Positions 1 to 13,262 are shown, counted from the first letter of the stretch. The stretch: 64,000 nucleotides of DNA from Octopus sinensis (GCF_006345805.1 NC_042998.1:167524001-167588000); one strand, 5' to 3'. A program made the numbers and translations. Notes: generated by a model not told the origin, from the letters alone.

Positions 1-14
1 AGGATATTAAGTAA

Positions 15-98
15 AGACTCTGAAGAAACTGCACTGGTATTATAGTAGGATTGCAATTCCAATGGTTACTAATCGGTGCAGTTGAAACGTCTGGATCT
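15..98 (+). ncRNA. Type I hammerhead ribozyme motif with long stem II; stem I degraded
   Basis: CTGAAGA (20-26), stem II AACTGCAC/GTGCAGTT (27-34/76-83), GAAA (84-87), palindromic ACGT stem III, GUC site (89-91). Stem I pairing is poor (AGACT vs TGGATCT). Confidence 0.6.
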
Positions 99-132
99 AT
101 GTATGTACGAGTGTATATATGTATGTATATAT

Positions 133-211
<79 letters not shown>

Positions 212-1379
212 ATTAAAGGTAAAGCTATGACACTTTGTAATAATCCTTGTTATTATTGTTGATATACATGTGTGTGTGTGTGTGTGCGTGCGTGTAAAAT
301 AGACTTGTAGGCGCTTAAACATACAACTGTACACATGAACGAGAAAATATATTCAAGCGGACACTCCACTTCCAATGCAGCTACATCTGTTCACATAAGA
401 CTTTCACACACATGAGCTAATGTTAATTCTCTCAGGCGTCTTATCTGTACGTCTATGGCATTAGCGAGGGTGGTGATGGGCGCTGTTGAGTCTTATTTTC
501 CCTCTATGTGTTTTTCCTTGACTTGTCACAACTTACAAATAGTAATACCCCCACATTTAGAACAACGAATGAAGGAACATATATACACCTGCATCAACCT
601 GAATAAATGTCAGGACTGTGATGGTTGGCAGATTCCCCTCGGTCTATAATGTCATAGGGCAGAAATTTAGGAGCGCCACATACTGTCTCATACTCGACAC
701 AAGTCTAATGAGACAGGAGCCATCTGAAAGTTGAGCAGTCTTAGTAAACCAAAAGAAAATATATAGCAAGAAAAACAACGATATACTTCTTAAGCGACAC
801 AACATATCAAGAGTCAACGACTGACTGTATTTAGAAGTTGACAACTTGTGTATACATCAAACTAAATGTGTAATGTTTACAAAAGCACGAACGAAAACAA
901 CCGCACATAGATTTCTATATATAAACAAGATCATATAAGATTTACTAATATGGTCATAAAACCTGAAATGTACAGCAGAATAGAAAATAAGATGTGACCT
1001 TTATGCCTGGAAAGCAATTATGTTAAACCTAGTACATATCTCAAACACACACTGCAAGAAGTACATACAAAAAGACATGCGTATGTGTTGTTGGAGAGTG
1101 AGACATTAGATCCCCGAACCGCACTTTCGGTCGTTAGATTCATCACACCAGCCTGATGAGGAATAATGATTATTTCTCTCCAGATCAATAACGAGGAACC
1201 GTGGTTCTTGATAATAAATCTCTCGCATAAATTAACACATATCACACTCTTCCAGACTGGCCAAATAAAGTTGTATTGAGCATTTTTATGCTGTTTTTTT
1301 TTTCGGGAAAATAAATTATATGTGGGTAGGTGAGGAAGTGTGTTGGAATAAAATTATGGAACGCTAGATGTAATACACA

Positions 1380-1477
1380 GAGACATATATATATAAACAC
1401 ACATACATACACATGCAGAGATACATATAAATGTTTGCGTGAATATATACATACATATATGTATGTATGTATGTATC

Positions 1478-1529
<52 letters not shown>

Positions 1530-1535
1530 ATATAT

Positions 1536-1568
<33 letters not shown>

Positions 1569-1635
1569 ATGTATGTATGTATGTATGTATGCATGCATGC
1601 GTATGTATGTGTGTATATATGTGTGTATATATGTC
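1380..1635. repeat. Compound (AC)/(AT)/(TATG) microsatellite
   Basis: Direct reading; source of the YIYI/CVCV ORFs. Confidence 0.95.
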
Positions 1636-1647
1636 TAATATAAGGTA

Positions 1648-1921
1648 ATATTTATTCCCACTTAAAAGTGGTTGTTGCGTTAAAACACAGAATACTGCGT
1701 TATTTACCATGAGAGAACTTGGGCTGCATAAAAGCGCTCGTGTTTATAACACAAGTGGGAGATAATCGTCTCCTACCGCTGCTGGAACTGCCAGGGCATG
1801 TGATTTCGGCCTTCCTTGGCCTTGCATTTATACACCACAAGTCCATATGAGATCTCTTATGGTAAATAACGCAGTATTGTGTGTTAACGCAACATCCGCT
1901 TTTAAGTGGAAGAATAATATT
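1648..1921. mobile_element. MITE / fold-back element with ~65-bp terminal inverted repeats
   Basis: 1653-1716 (TATTCCCACTTAAAAGTGG...TTACCATGAGAGA) is the near reverse complement of 1853-1916; non-coding interior. Confidence 0.75.
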
Positions 1922-2689
1922 CTCACTAAAAGGCAGTAGGGTAATAGAAGTGTTATAATACAATTCTAGATGCATAGCAGTAGATTGTTACTTCTTTTTT
2001 ACTATCACTTCTGGTAACGGAAATTCTATCCACTTTAACATTCATATTATATATTTCTCAAACTTGTTTTAGTTTTACACTGCAGTCATATTTGTTTTCT
2101 GTCCCAATATCGAGGTAGTGTAATTGGCAGAAAAGGGTAGGTCGTCAGATAAAAATTATCTAACCGCTCTTAGTTACCTCACATTATGATCTGTGTTTTA
2201 AAATACAGCCAATGTTGATTTTGCTTTATTTTCTCGAAATCTTCAGAATAAATTTTAATCAAGAATTGAGCTTCATATAACTGACTATGTGTAGTCATCT
2301 GCCCGTTAGACATTAGTGTTAAGGATGTTGTTTAAAGCCGCTATGTTAAGGCATGTACTGTAGTCGTTTATGTAAGTCGTGATAACTTATATGTTTTCCT
2401 GACGTAAGTCTATAGTGTTTTATTTAAATTAAACGCTAATTATCTTGTGGAAGCAGAGGAGAGATAGTTAAATATCTCCAATTTCGAGAAAGACTATTTG
2501 TATTTATGAATTGGTATTTGTTTCCACCGTGGAGGTAGAAAGATTACTTTTAAAATGGTCGCACTCTTTTGTGACGAGAGATATAGTAATGGTGGTATCT
2601 ACCTTCATACTTCAGAAGAAGAAGAGAAGGAGTTAGGTAAGTTTACACAATTAGAATTCAAAGAACTGACAGTTGAAATTCAAACAATG

Positions 2690-2785
2690 ATACAATTAAT
2701 GAGAAAATTATCAACACAGATAATGAGAAAATTAGAGACACTGATAATGAGAGAATTGGAGGCGCAAATAATGAGCAAATCAGCA
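2690..2785. repeat. ~21-bp minisatellite (ATAATGAGAAAATT-core) x4
   Basis: Four degenerate units at 21-bp spacing. Confidence 0.7.
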
Positions 2786-3006
2786 GTAATTTCGGAAAAT
2801 ATATTAGATATATAATATACAAACTAACAAAAAAACTACTAGCAACAACAATGTCGGCAACAGTAACATAAACAAGATCAGTAACGTTAGAAGCGAAGTA
2901 GTCATCGGCGTCAAAACAATTCAAATTGAGGGGGAAAATGTCGAAAATGGAAATATTAAATGGACGAAATTACATCGTTGCCCCTCACAGACAAGTGAGT
3001 CGAGAT

Positions 3007-3215
3007 CAATGATTCTCAGCCATGTTACTCTACTGAACCTCCATAGGTATTTGGTGAGTATAAAAAAAACATCCTACTGCATTTTTATATAAGAAATTTT
3101 GTTAAAAAATTGAAATATTTTGTGTATTGTAGAAGTATAATTTATTGCACATAAACTTTAACCAAAATCTTATATGGAACCCAAGGGCCATGTGGATCCC
3201 CGTTGAGAATCACTG
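3007..3215. mobile_element. Degenerate hAT-type MITE
   Basis: Ends CAATGATTCTCAGCC ... GTTGAGAATCACTG resemble CAGTGGTTCTCAACC TIRs; no convincing TSD. Confidence 0.5.
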
Positions 3216-3320
3216 GTTTGAAGGAGGCAAACATAAAATACGTGAGGAAAAGTTTCATTTTTATTTATTCATTTATTTATTTGACGCCGTTTGTTTTGTT
3301 TTCATGTTATTATACAAAAA

Positions 3321-3738
3321 AGGCTGCAAACTGGCAGAATCGTTAGCACGCTGGGCAAACTGCTTAGCGACATTTCGTTCGTTTTTACGTCCTGAGTTCA
3401 AATTCCACCGAAGTCGACTTTACCTTTCATCCTTCCAGGGTCGATGAAATAAGTACCAGTGGAGCACTGGGGTCGAAGTAATTGACTTATCTCCTCCCCT
3501 CAAATTTAAAAGCCCTGCGCATATAGTAAAAAGGTTATAAATTACAATAAGGCGGCGATCTGGCAGAATCGTTAGCACGCCGGGCAAAATGCTTAGCGGG
3601 ATTTCGTCCGTGTTTACGTTCTGAGTTCAAACTTCCGCAGAGGGCGACTTTACTTTTATCCTTACACAGTGGAGTCGATGTAAACGACTAGCACCCCCGA
3701 CCCCAAATTTCAGGTCTTGTGCCTATAGTAGAGAGGAT
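3321..3738 (+). mobile_element. Two tandem tRNA-derived SINE copies (family A)
   Basis: GGCGGCGAnCTGGCAGAATCGTTAG A-box head, GTTCAAATTCC B-box, and a CCTTTCATCCTTCnGGGGTCGAT...AAGTACCAG central domain (Meta-domain-like) in the first copy. Confidence 0.85.
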
Positions 3739-4507
3739 TATTATAAAATACAAATGACAAACCACAGAAAAATTGAATTGAAATCTGAGTCGACAAACAT
3801 TTGCGAGAGCTACATTACAAGATATACTAATGGTGATATAAGGCTTGTATGTCAAAAATAGAGAATGCATACCACAGCTTGGTTCTTTCACTGAGCTTCG
3901 ATCCTACCTCAAACGAAACCCAAGTTAAGCGCCTGGAATTCGATATGGTACCAAATGCTCACAACTCTCTACGTATTGGGCAATGCAGTCGATTGACCAT
4001 CTACCTGTGTATGTATGTGAGGATATAACAAGAGCATGAGTGACAACATTCTGGGGCACACTTAAACGTTGATAAGTTTGCATTGAATAGCTTTTTTTCC
4101 GTGGACATTTCTTTTCAGAGTTCAAAAATCCTTCGCTTGATACTGCTAAATAGGTGTTGTCAGTTCAGGATAAGCATTAATGTCATCACCAGTAGAGATA
4201 TTTTCCTCTCAACGTCTTTTAGTGTCTGCAAAAGGATGGAATTATAACGCAGATAACAGACATATCCATTTGTCCATTGAGTCCATTATACAGTTCGCAC
4301 TCTTTTGCTCTTCGACAAGGAGTTACTGGCAATTTTCCTCTATATTGTAGCTGTGATGGTAAAGGTAGTATTTAGAACGAAGCTGAAATGGCTAATAACC
4401 AGGTTATTTTTCTCCGACGGAACTATTAACTTTTTTTAATGACCACTTGACGCGGAAGGTGAAGGTGGAGAGACAAGTACTAACTTCCAGTAAGTTTCAT
4501 AATAAAA

Positions 4508-4705
4508 TGTTGTCCTTTAGCCCTAGGTCAGGCCCGATCAAGCAAACTTACTATGGAAGGTATTCAACCTTGACAATCTTGTGTTCCTGCGTATTTAGGA
4601 GTACATTGTAGAATACAAACCCTTCCTTTTTTTATTTTTAGGTAGGATATGAATAAAATAAATTCGGTTACTATTTCTAGCAAGTCAAGCGACTGTTAGA
4701 GACTC
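4508..4705. repeat. Dispersed repeat family (related segments at ~25160-25230 inverted and ~40400-40620)
   Basis: Shared CCAGGTCAnCCCTGATnAAGCA-like segment and TATTTCTAGCA motif, compared by eye. Confidence 0.45.
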
Positions 4706-5149
4706 CCTTAGTCTAGCCTAGATGAGTAAGACTGGTAGATGAAACCACCAACCCTTTAGTTTCATCAGGAATTTGCATTTGGGAGAAAGCACAATTTCGA
4801 AGCAGAGAGTGGCTGGCATTTTAAAATACGCTGAAACTCGATAAGTTTGTTAGCAGAATCGGTAGAGCGCAGAACAAAATGGCAGTAGATTGCGTTCGAA
4901 TCATGCTAATGTTGATTCTGCCTTTCATCTCTATGAGAACGATAAAATAATTACCAGTTATGCACTTGGGCTGGAGCCAAGTACTGCATGTAACTGTGTT
5001 TAACTCTGAATTAAAATCGACCACATTATAACCACATCCAATGCCGTCTTAAACGTGGACAAACGTGGTAGTTTCCCGGGGGCCCTACGGGTCTAGAGGA
5101 CCACTTCTAATTCAGGTATGCTGTGGCTTACTATCAAGGAGGCATTTTG

Positions 5150-5653
5150 ACAAATTCTCGTTTATTAGAAAGCAAGAGGACCTACGACAAAGGCAGTGAA
5201 GTTTGGAGGTTAGAGTCTGATGCTTTGGAGATACATAAAAAGTGATGGTTCAAAAAAGTTGGTTAAAATTGACGGTACTTGAATAGTGCCAAATACATTC
5301 AGTTGCTGAAAGACAATTTGATACCAAACTTGGATGAAGGTGAGATCTTTCAGCATGACGGAGCTCCATTTCACAGATCGCGTACTACACAAACAAGTCT
5401 GGCTGATGAAGGTGTTACCGTATTGAAAGATTGGCCAGCTCAGAGCCCTGACTTAAATATCATCGAACAAATGTGGACAGAACTAAAGAGAAGAGTTCAT
5501 CAGAAGAATCCACGCAATCTTGCAGTGTTGTAGGAGCTCCGCCACAGATAATGGCATCTCATACCTGTGAAGATGGTGAAGGATTTGTACGCATCTCTTC
5601 CAAGGCACTTTGAAGCAATTATTCAAGCTAAGGGAAGCCACATGAAATATTAG
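5150..5653 (+). mobile_element. Tc1-family transposase relic (catalytic C-terminal half)
   Basis: FQHDGAPFH...WPAQSPDLNIIEQMW (DD34E motif), ends ...AKGSHMKY*; in-frame stops upstream and downstream. Confidence 0.92.
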
Positions 5654-5795
5654 TAATGTACAGTAACTTCTTAAAATGAAGAAAAGAACAACATGGAATG
5701 ATAAGACAAACTGGGTATACGAAGAACGAGAGAAACATTCACGTTGTTTTCGTATTTCGTATTTCATGCTGTTTACGTTTTTGTGACGTCCTGTA

Positions 5796-5887
5796 CCTTT
5801 ACTCTCTCTCTCTCTCTCTCGTTGCTCACGCGTGACCATCGTCCATGTTTCTTTTCCTCACGCGATCATCTTTCTTTTCTTTCAGTT

Positions 5888-5925
<38 letters not shown>

Positions 5926-6280
5926 AACTGAAAGAAAAGAAAGATGATCGCGTGAGGAAAAGAAAGATGGACGATGGTCACGCGTGAGCAACGAGAGAGA
6001 GAGAGTAAAGGAAAAAGAAGGGGAGAGAGAGAGGCGGATACAAAACGGGGAAGAGGAGAAAAAGAATTAGAGAAAGGATGAGAGAGAAAACGAAAGAGGG
6101 AGAGAGAGAATAGTACAGGGTAGAGTCGCATCAAAATTATTAAGATAAACTTATTTCGATGCGACTCTACCCTGTACTATTCTCTCTCTCCCTCTTTCGT
6201 TTTCTCTCTCATCCTTTCTCTAATTCTTTTTCTCCCCTTCCCCGTTTTGTATCCGCCTCTCTCTCTCCTTCTTTTTCCTT

Positions 6281-6314
<34 letters not shown>

Positions 6315-6381
6315 GCTCACGCGTGACCATCGTCCATCTTTCTTTTCCTCGCGCGATCATCTTTCTTTTCTTTCAGTTTGT
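5796..6381. repeat. Nested fold-back palindrome
   Basis: 5796-5890 is inverted at 5923-6011 around (TA)n; 5923-6132 is inverted at 6158-6381 around a 25-nt spacer. Confidence 0.9.
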
Positions 6382-7084
6382 CTTACAGACCAGTGGCATA
6401 TTCTTATCTGTCTCTTCTATCTTTTCTCTTATCAAAGACAATATTCCCACAGCGTTTGCTAACTTACCTCGCCTGGCATAACGGCACTCCATGTTTGTTT
6501 TCGTTTGGTTTGTTGTATGTCTCTACTGTCCTGTTTTGTTACCAACTTTGACTCTCCGCAAATCTCAAGTTTTATTTTGGTTCGCATGAACAACTCCCTT
6601 TCGAAAACTCATATTGTCGTTAATTGCTCGAAATGAGGCGTAGTTAGACAGCCGACAACTAATGAAGGGTCGTTCTTTATGTTACTTGTCTTGTTTTCCA
6701 TTTATTTCTCTCGTTGTTCGCATACCCAGCTGGGGGTTAGGGTAAGGGGATTGTGGGGAGAATGAGAGGAGAAGAGAAGAGAAGGAGGGCGGATTGGGAG
6801 GGGGAGGGGTGATGAGATGATGGGAGGGAGAAGGAGGGAGAGGAGAAGGAGGGAGAGGAGGAGAAGGAGGGGGGGGGAGGGAAGGGGGAGGGGAGGGAGA
6901 GGAGGAGAGGGAGGGGAGAGGAGGAGAGGGAGAGAAGGGGAGTGAGGGAGCAGAGAGAAAGAGAGAGCAGGGGAAGAGGGGAAGAAAGAAAGAAGAAGGG
7001 AAAAATTGAGGGAGAGGAAGGAAAGAGAGTAGGAGTGAAAAGATAAAGGACTGAAGAGAAGTAGGAGTCGGAGGGGGGAGATTA

Positions 7085-7313
7085 GATGAAAAGGGGGGTG
7101 AGTTGAGTTGAGCCCAAATGGCGTAAAAGAGCGAAGAGAGAAGATTAATCCCTGTTCACACCGCGAATCACGGCGCAAGCGGGAATCGGATGGCCTCTGT
7201 GCAAAGACAATCCGAACACAGACAGGTGTTGCAAGGAGTTACCGGTGGGAGCGGAAATGGCGTGAGACCGGTGTGTCATTGGCGAGGCGGATGTCTCGGA
7301 GGTGTTTCCGCGA

Positions 7314-7317
<4 letters not shown>
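7085..7317 (-). mobile_element. Penelope-like element, GIY-YIG endonuclease C-terminal relic
   Basis: Frameshifted RF..HLRDIRLANDTPVSRHFRSH...EQGLIFSLRSFTPFGLN, matching the PLE endonuclease tail pattern (EH...PVARHF...EQ.LI..L....P.GLN). Confidence 0.8.
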
Positions 7318-7356
<39 letters not shown>

Positions 7357-7371
7357 ATATATATAATATAA

Positions 7372-7409
<38 letters not shown>

Positions 7410-7455
7410 GTATGTATGTGGTGTGTGTGTGTGGTGTGTGTGTGTGTGTGTTTGG

Positions 7456-7745
7456 AGGCGCATGGCCCAGTGGTTAGGGCAGCGGGACTCGCGGTCGTAG
7501 GATCGCAGTTTCCGATTCCCAGACCGGGTGTTGTGAGTGTTTATTGAGCGAAAACACCTAAAGCTCCACGATCTCCGACAGGGGATGGTGGTGATCCCTG
7601 CTGTACCTTTTCGCCGCAACTTTCTCTCACTCTTTCTTCTGTTCGCCTGTACGCTTACCAAGTGGGGTGGCGTCATTTGAAGGTTAAAACAATGCGATGT
7701 GTTAGCAACATCTGATAGCCTGTCGGTCACGTGATCACGTGATAT
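7456..7745 (+). mobile_element. tRNA-derived SINE (family C)
   Basis: GGCGCATGGCCCAGTGGTTAG head; same family as 16168-16467 and 44505-44787. Confidence 0.8.
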
Positions 7746-7781
7746 ATTTATATATATATATATATAATATATATATATATA

Positions 7782-7827
<46 letters not shown>

Positions 7828-9329
7828 ATTATATTATATATATGTATGTATGTATGCATGTATATATATATATGTAGGTATGCTTGTATATATAATATAT
7901 ATGTTGTGTGTGTGTGTTTTTGTGATTGTTCCCCACCACCGTCTAACAACAGGCAATGATTTGTTAACGTTCTCGTAATTTAGCGGTTCGATATAAACGC
8001 CCAATAAAATAAGTACCAGACTTTAGTAAATAAGTACTGTGGTTGAGTTCTTCGACTTAAAATCTTCAAGGCGGTGCAACAACAGTATGGTCATAGTCCA
8101 GTGACTGAAACTAGATAAAAACTGTAAGTTAAAACAGATCCTATAGTCACCAGTAGTATCGGAATTCTCTGCATTTTCAACCACCGTATTAATATCACGG
8201 CAGCAAAACCCCTTCTACCATCGCCAACATCACCAACACCAACACCACCTCTACCACTACCACCAGCTTCATCACAGCCTGCACCACCATCACCCACCAT
8301 CATCACTACTACTCTAAATACTTCACTCACTAACAGTTATACAAATGTTACCATACATTCCACCTTCCCCTTTCTCCCTATTGCTTCCATATTGTATAGC
8401 TGCCCCCTCACCCCATAATGATCATCACTATAATTATTATCATAATAACTGCTATTATTTCAACAGGTTTATCCCCGTCCTCATCACAGTTATTTCTAAC
8501 ACTGCCATCCTTACTTCAACTCCCTTCTTTTACCATATATGCGCCGTCTGCATTTAAACTAACGTTCAACGAAAAGACCTCTAAGCTGTCGCCCTATCTG
8601 TTAAAAATAGCAACTAAATTTGCCTCAGTTACAAACCACTGTCTTTAAACAAAAAGCGAAATACATTCGTAGTGTTAGATGTACAATGTAGTCCTGGGCG
8701 TGCTGTATAGACTAAATTATATTTTGTAGTCTTAGATATGCTTGTTAGTGTTAGAGAAATATGTGTTATGTATCTTAGGGTAAGGATAAAAGTCCTTCCC
8801 CACTCGTATAGACTCGTTGGGATTGTTCCCCGGTTACTGTGACGCATATATTCTCCTGCGACAGGTGCCGTCGTTTCGTCGTAGGAATACTCATTTTTCC
8901 AACTGAGTATTTTGTCCGATGCGTTAATGATTTTGACTGGTTGCCACCTTATAATTTAACTCAGGCCAACGTCATAGGCGTCGACCTGTGATAAGAAGTG
9001 ATCTAGTCGGTTTGGCTGCCAGCATCAGTTCTGTTCGAATTGATTTCATATTCAGTGTAATGATACACTTTTATTGGCTAATGAAAGACGTGAAAATCAT
9101 TTTCGCTATAAATCAATAAATAGTTATTAGCAATTTAAGTTTGAACATTTTGGTAATTTTAGCCAATTGTAAGCCACAGACATATTCATGCCTGTTTCCA
9201 TAGTAACAAGCGAACAAGAGAACCCTTTTGTCTGAGAGAAATACATTGAAACCACTTGTTTTACGTTTCTGTTGACGATTGAACATGTCAATTTATGAAC
9301 TGGTCAACAAAATGTTTGTTTTTTAAGAA

Positions 9330-9800
9330 TATTTAATTTGTAACGCGTTGTTCATCACATTTGCATAAAATCCATATTGAATACTTAAAACTACTTGTTT
9401 ACACGTTTCTTTTTGTAATTGAGATGGTTGTGTGAGGTGTGCTAAAAATAACAGCTAAATAACGTTTTTTGGATAAATCTTTTGAATTAAAATAAACATT
9501 TATTTACATGAAAGGAAATTACTGGAGAACTTTCGTCTAATTCTTCCAAATCGTTCTGTTAAAACTTATTGAAACCATTTGTGGAGAAAAATTGTAATGA
9601 TGTGTTTATCGCATGTAACGCGTTCTTCATCGCTTTTGCGTTAAATATGCATATTAAATGCTTAAAACTATTTGTTTACTCGTTTCTTTTTGGCATTGAG
9701 GTGAGTTATGAAGCGTGCTAAATGTAACAGCTAAATAATGTTTTTTTTTTTGATAAATCTTTTAAGTTCGTGCTATCGCATTAAATGCATATTGAATGCT
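9330..9800. repeat. Diverged tandem duplication, period ~275 bp
   Basis: 9340-9490 aligns to 9615-9765 (TAACGCGTT...CTTAAAACTA...GATAAATCTTTT); a third partial unit follows. Confidence 0.65.
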
Positions 9801-10549
9801 TCAAACAATTTTCTGGATGTTGACGACAAAATGTGCAGTCCCGCACAAAATAACAGCTTCCAAATCCTGTTTGTTGACTGGGTTAAAATGCTCAACTTTA
9901 AACCTGTATAACTTTTTAAAATCATTTTTCTGGGAAAAGTGAAATAGTTCCAGCAGTTCAGCTTGGAAAAGTAGATTATTGTGCCAAATTTTAAAATAAT
10001 CGACAAACTTTGATTTTTGAAATGCTGGCAGTCAAACCCATGGTTCCGAGTTCAGTCCCACGGTGTGACACTATGGACGAAAATCGTCTTCTATAGCTCC
10101 GAGATGGTCAAAGCCTTCTGAGTGAATTTGGTAAACATAAACTGAAAGACATCCGGGGAACAACGTGAAATGAAGTGCATTGCTTAAGAACACAAAGCAT
10201 CAACCCGGTCCAGGAATCGAAACCACAATCTTACGATCACGAGTCCAACGCCCTAACCACCAAGCCACGCGCCTCCACCTATGTATTTTAGATATGATAT
10301 AAAGGGAAAAAAGATAGGGCATCGTTACGGTTTGAACGCCGCAATACCAGATTGGGAGTAACCTACAACAACACTACTACCAACCACCACAACTACCACT
10401 AACAACAACCAGCCTCTGCCTTTTCCCTGCATACATAATCCACATTAAAACCTCACTTATACATTCTACCCACTATCATCACCGCCTTTACCTCCACAAA
10501 CTCTAGCACGGATATTAGTACACGTAACCCAGCTACTGAAGCGTATATA

Positions 10550-10788
10550 GCATGTGTATGTGCTTTGTACGTGCTTGCGTGTGTGCCTGCGTGCGTGCAT
10601 GTGTGTGTGTTTTGTGTATGCGTGTGTGTGTATGCGTGTGTGTATGCGTGTGTGTATGCGTGTTTAACCATTTATGAATTTTACTCATCTATGATTGTAT
10701 ATATGGTCTTACACACTCATTTATATGCATATTCATGCATACATATATATATACACATATTCATAGACACATATGCACACACAAACAT

Positions 10789-10835
<47 letters not shown>

Positions 10836-11072
10836 CATATACATGGCTGTATATGTGCATGTACATACACACATACATTTGTATATATATGCAAGTATAT
10901 TTGTGTATGTGTGTTATCTACGTATAAGAAAACACAAACATATATGTGTGTATGTGTGCATGTATGTATGTATGCAAGTATGCACGTACGTACGTACGTA
11001 TGTATATATGCATGCATGCACGTATTTATTTATATATGTTATATATGTATGTATGCGTGTAAATATATATAT

Positions 11073-11123
<51 letters not shown>

Positions 11124-11125
11124 GC
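10550..11125. repeat. Compound microsatellite block
   Basis: (GT), (AC), (AT) and (TATG) runs. Confidence 0.95.
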
Positions 11126-11487
11126 ACTCTCAGACACATATATCAAGGCTGTTATTAGCGGTATTAATCCAGGAGGAAAAATTCAGAGTAACAGTCCCCT
11201 ACCCACTACTTGTTTGCAAGTTTTTTATTTTTTTCCCTTGATTTGTGAAAGTCTACAAATAAATAAAAATGAGAAGAAACAGACAAAATTCCATTCTGAA
11301 TAACGAACTAATTCAGCTAGTCCCATTAGTATCCGGGTTCTGCAGCTGCAATACAATGGGACATATATATTTCCATAGCAAACAATTACTGTCTGAAATT
11401 ATCTTCGTCTGTAATCTATAATTTTTATATAAAACGTCTTTTTTTTTTACACAGAAGAGATCTGAAGGGACAAACACACACACACAC

Positions 11488-11523
<36 letters not shown>

Positions 11524-11763
11524 CATACACACACACGCAAATACACATAAGCAAAATAGCTTGTTAGAAAATCTCAATAGGAGATGAAAGTAGTAACTCT
11601 AATGACAAGTAATGTTAATCGCCACATCAGTATGGCTATTCGATGTTACTACTGTTTTAACTCCAGGCAGACCTTCTGCCAGCTGGTTATAGGTGCAGCC
11701 TGTACACTGCATATATTGCAAGCAGGGGAGCGAACCCCTACCATCCTTCAGCTGACGACGGGA

Positions 11764-11813
11764 TCACGAGACCGAATCGGTTTCGGGTTATTTGTACCCG
11801 TCTGCAGTCGTGA
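11764..11813 (-). ncRNA. Type I hammerhead motif, A6C core variant with 1-nt insertion after A9
   Basis: Minus strand: TCACGA CTGCAGA C GGGT ACAAATA ACCC GAAA CCG ATT CGG TC TCGTGA. All three stems pair perfectly; GUC site. Confidence 0.7.
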
Positions 11814-12169
11814 ACACCCAGCTGCTACATACGTACATACTTACATGCATGCATACATACATACAAACATGCATACATACATGTACGCATACATACATAC
11901 ATACATACATACATACATACATACATACATACATACATACATACATACATACATGCGTGCATACTTACATACAAACATACATACATACCTATTGGGATGA
12001 TCAAAGAGTTTGTTCGGTCTTCTTCGATATTAGACTCTGATAAATAGCTATCTTTAGTCTGTCCCTTGCGGAAGTGCACTCGTTAGACTCTTGGCATTTC
12101 AACGTATTTTGGCGCGAACTTCCGATGAGACAAGTTGTATGTTGTGTGCTTGGAGTCATTCCGAAAATG

Positions 12170-12665
12170 GAGATTCAAAATGAATATTAGCCACACCTCA
12201 TGCAATATAAAAAAGACAAGAAAGCGACGGAAATCTGCAGGAAGGTATGCGCTGTATACGAAGAATATGCTGATACGGAATGTGTGTCAGAAGTGGTTTC
12301 CAAGGTTTCGACAAGGAAAATATTTTGGTTCAAGATCCACCTTGATATGGCCAAGCAACTTAGATTAACTGTGATAAAAGTGAACGAGTTAGTCGTGACT
12401 AACACCCGTTATATGACCTGGATAATCGCAGATATTCTCAAAATATCCGATAGAGTGTTGAAAACTATCTGCATTAACTTGGCTACATTTGTAGCACCGA
12501 TGTTTGGGTCCCACATCAAGTGAACGAGGCTAACCTCATATAACGGATTTCCATCTGCAATTCCTTGCAGAAACTTGAAGAAAATTACCCCTTTTCGAAA
12601 ATAATTGTGAGAGGAGATAAAAATGGATTGTCTATAATAATATGAAGTGCAAACGCTAATGGGAG
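12170..12665 (+). mobile_element. Mariner transposase relic (HTH to first catalytic Asp)
   Basis: KATEICRKVCAVY...QKWFPRFRQG...RISICNSLQKLEENYPFSKIIVRGDKKWIVYNN across frameshifts. Confidence 0.85.
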
Positions 12666-13262
12666 AAGTGTGTCTTTGTGTCTGTGTTTGTCCACCACAC
12701 CGTTTGAAAACCCGCGTTGTTTGTTTACATCTCCGTAACTTAGTGGTTCGGTAAAAGAGAACGATAGAATAAGTACAAGGCTTTTAAAGAATAAATACTT
12801 GGGTCGATTCGTTTGACTAAAAACTCTTCTGACACAAGTAAAAGATAAAACGTATAAATCCAGAAACGTGCATATTTAAGAATAATATATAATAGCAGCA
12901 CGGAGAAAAGAAAAGGAAAAGAAGTGAAATTAACAACAACAACAACAAGAACGACAACAATAATTAAGGGGATACTTAAATGAATAGTGAAGTAGATGAA
13001 AGAAAAAAGAAGGCTGAAGGAAACTGCTGCCTACTGCTGCTGCTGTTGTTGTTAAGCAACAAGACGGGTAAGGGTGATTAGATGATGGTCTAAGGCTTAG
13101 GGGCGGGAGACCCCAGATCTTGGAAAAAAAACCCAAATTTGGTCGTCTTGTTGTAGTCGAGGGCTCTTCGTTTACGACCGACACCACTGGGAGGTAGCCC
13201 TCGAAGTTGCTGGAAATGGAGATCTCCAGGTCCAAATTCTTGGACGGTTGCTACTGCTATTG

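Noticed and set aside
1100-1180. Hammerhead-like pieces (CTGATGAG-hairpin at 1153 on plus; GTGATGA...GACCGAAA on minus)
   Set aside because: The plus motif lacks GAAA; the minus motif lacks a paired stem II and stem III. At best these are decayed remnants.
1790-1830. GGCC-AAGGAA-GGCC-GAAA hairpin on minus
   Set aside because: No CUGAnGA core upstream and no UH site; it lies in the interior of a MITE.
2555-2815. 86-aa ORF with heptad-like repeats
   Set aside because: It is explained by a 21-bp minisatellite in low-complexity sequence, with no splice or homology support.
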